The notes under the pieces: generated by a model
Seen by the model: only the letters and a program-made list of their open reading frames with translations
Database searches by the model: none
What the model was told of the DNA's origin: nothing
Assembly (NCBI RefSeq): GCF_001545095.1
Contig: NZ_CP013213.1
Location: forward strand, 720,001 to 752,000
Source: Erysipelothrix larvae
GTDB taxonomy: Bacteria; Bacillota_I; Bacilli_A; Erysipelotrichales; Erysipelotrichaceae
Direction of reading: 5' to 3'
Length of the DNA: 32,000 bases
Translations under genes and position numbers: made by a program
Part shown: positions 31,273-32,000 of the stretch, piece by piece
Layout of the letters: each line of letters opens with the position of its first letter
How positions within the stretch are numbered: position 1 is the stretch's first letter

Positions 31273-32000
31273 ATGATGTATCGCCCCAACTATGTACCAA
31301 AGCAAAAGAAAAAGTTAAACTACAAAGTGGTTGTACCACTTGTAGTTCTTTTTGCTTTAGGCATGTATATCATTGTTGCGACTTTAATCAAAAATGAAAC
31401 ACCCCAAGAAACGGGGTATGCAATTTGTGGACTCAATGACTATGATTCTAGAAAACTCCTTGAAAAACGTCAAGAAGAAGTCTTAAAAAATATGGAGACC
31501 CTTCCAATGAATGATTATGGTGTCTACGGAGAGTCGTTAACTCTCTATCAAAACGCGTTCTCATTTAATACTGCAGACCCAATGATTGGAAGAACTGTAA
31601 CCTTAACAAATCTCTGTAAGCCACAAGAGCAATTTACGTTCTTATTTGGTAGCAATCTTGATATGCGTATTCCACTGGATACATTGCCAGAAGGATTCTA
31701 TGATGTCGATGTTTTAGCGGATTTAAAACACTATGCTTTAGTGTCGGATGCAACACTGACTGATACATTTTCAACCGTTGTTCGTGATGGTCTTGTTAAT
31801 AATGCGACAATTCACGCTACCCAAGATCTCTTTGATATTGGTGAAGAAAAAGTTCTGAATAAAAACTATGTGTTTTTGGAAGTAAAATCAGCACAACCTG
31901 CTGAAGAAGAATACGATATCGTTCTGGATCCTGCAGGCGGTTCAATTCAATACAACGGGACATCTGACCCTGGAAATACCTATGGCGAGTTTATTGAACG
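31273..32000 (+). CDS. membrane-anchored protein of unknown function, 5' partial (runs off the window)
   Basis: Absent from the ORF track because it has no stop codon in the window. Manual translation from ATG 31273 (RBS AGGAG) is open for 242 codons. Basic N-terminus plus TM segment VVVPLVVLFALGMYIIVATLI. The last residues, DIVLDPAGGS, weakly recall the start of an amidase_3 domain. Confidence 0.6.
   Translation, partial: MMYRPNYVPKQKKKLNYKVVVPLVVLFALGMYIIVATLIKNETPQETGYAICGLNDYDSRKLLEKRQEEVLKNMETLPMNDYGVYGESLTLYQNAFSFNTADPMIGRTVTLTNLCKPQEQFTFLFGSNLDMRIPLDTLPEGFYDVDVLADLKHYALVSDATLTDTFSTVVRDGLVNNATIHATQDLFDIGEEKVLNKNYVFLEVKSAQPAEEEYDIVLDPAGGSIQYNGTSDPGNTYGEFIE

Overview
Low-GC Firmicutes-type chromosomal segment. 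From memory, not a search, the 16S rRNA carries signatures typical of class Erysipelotrichia, such as TTTTCGGCAATGGGGGAAACCCTGACCGAGC and CGTCAAACCATGGGAGT. The window is mostly core housekeeping. Left to right: the 3' end of an ABC exporter gene; an orphan lipoprotein; proC co-transcribed with an RpiR/MurR-family regulator; a tightly coupled cell-wall sugar operon (murQ, anmK, a DUF871/mupG-like gene and a BadF-type sugar kinase); OsmC; a TIGR01212 radical SAM gene (minus strand); an orphan GH1 6-phospho-beta-glucosidase; a divergent Ham1/ITPase-like gene; a twice-frameshifted NAD(P)H-binding oxidoreductase pseudogene next to an intact HxlR regulator; a minus-strand tRNA operon (Ser-GCU, Asp-GUC, Gly-GCC); one apparently intact ISL3-family insertion sequence with imperfect 30-bp inverted repeats and a perfect 7-bp target duplication; a YtvI/AI-2E-family membrane protein; the str operon (rpsL-rpsG-fusA-tuf); a membrane-anchored Ig-like plus transglutaminase-like protein; a complete rrn operon (16S-23S-5S, no spacer tRNA); tsaE-tsaB-rimI-tsaD; rex-asnS; and a partial membrane-anchored ORF running off the window. 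I found no CRISPR array, no recognisable defence or toxin system, and no convincing novel multi-gene system. The observations most worth follow-up are small. An identical 12-nt palindromic element sits at the same position in the two promoters flanking the MurR-like regulator (candidate operator). The MurNAc-6P operon has an unusual composition. The IS architecture can be read directly from the sequence. The oxidoreductase gene next to the HxlR regulator carries two homopolymer frameshifts. The rpsL 5' leader is structured. The surface protein has a predicted Cys-His-Glu transglutaminase-like core. All family assignments come from motif recognition in the supplied translations, not from database searches.
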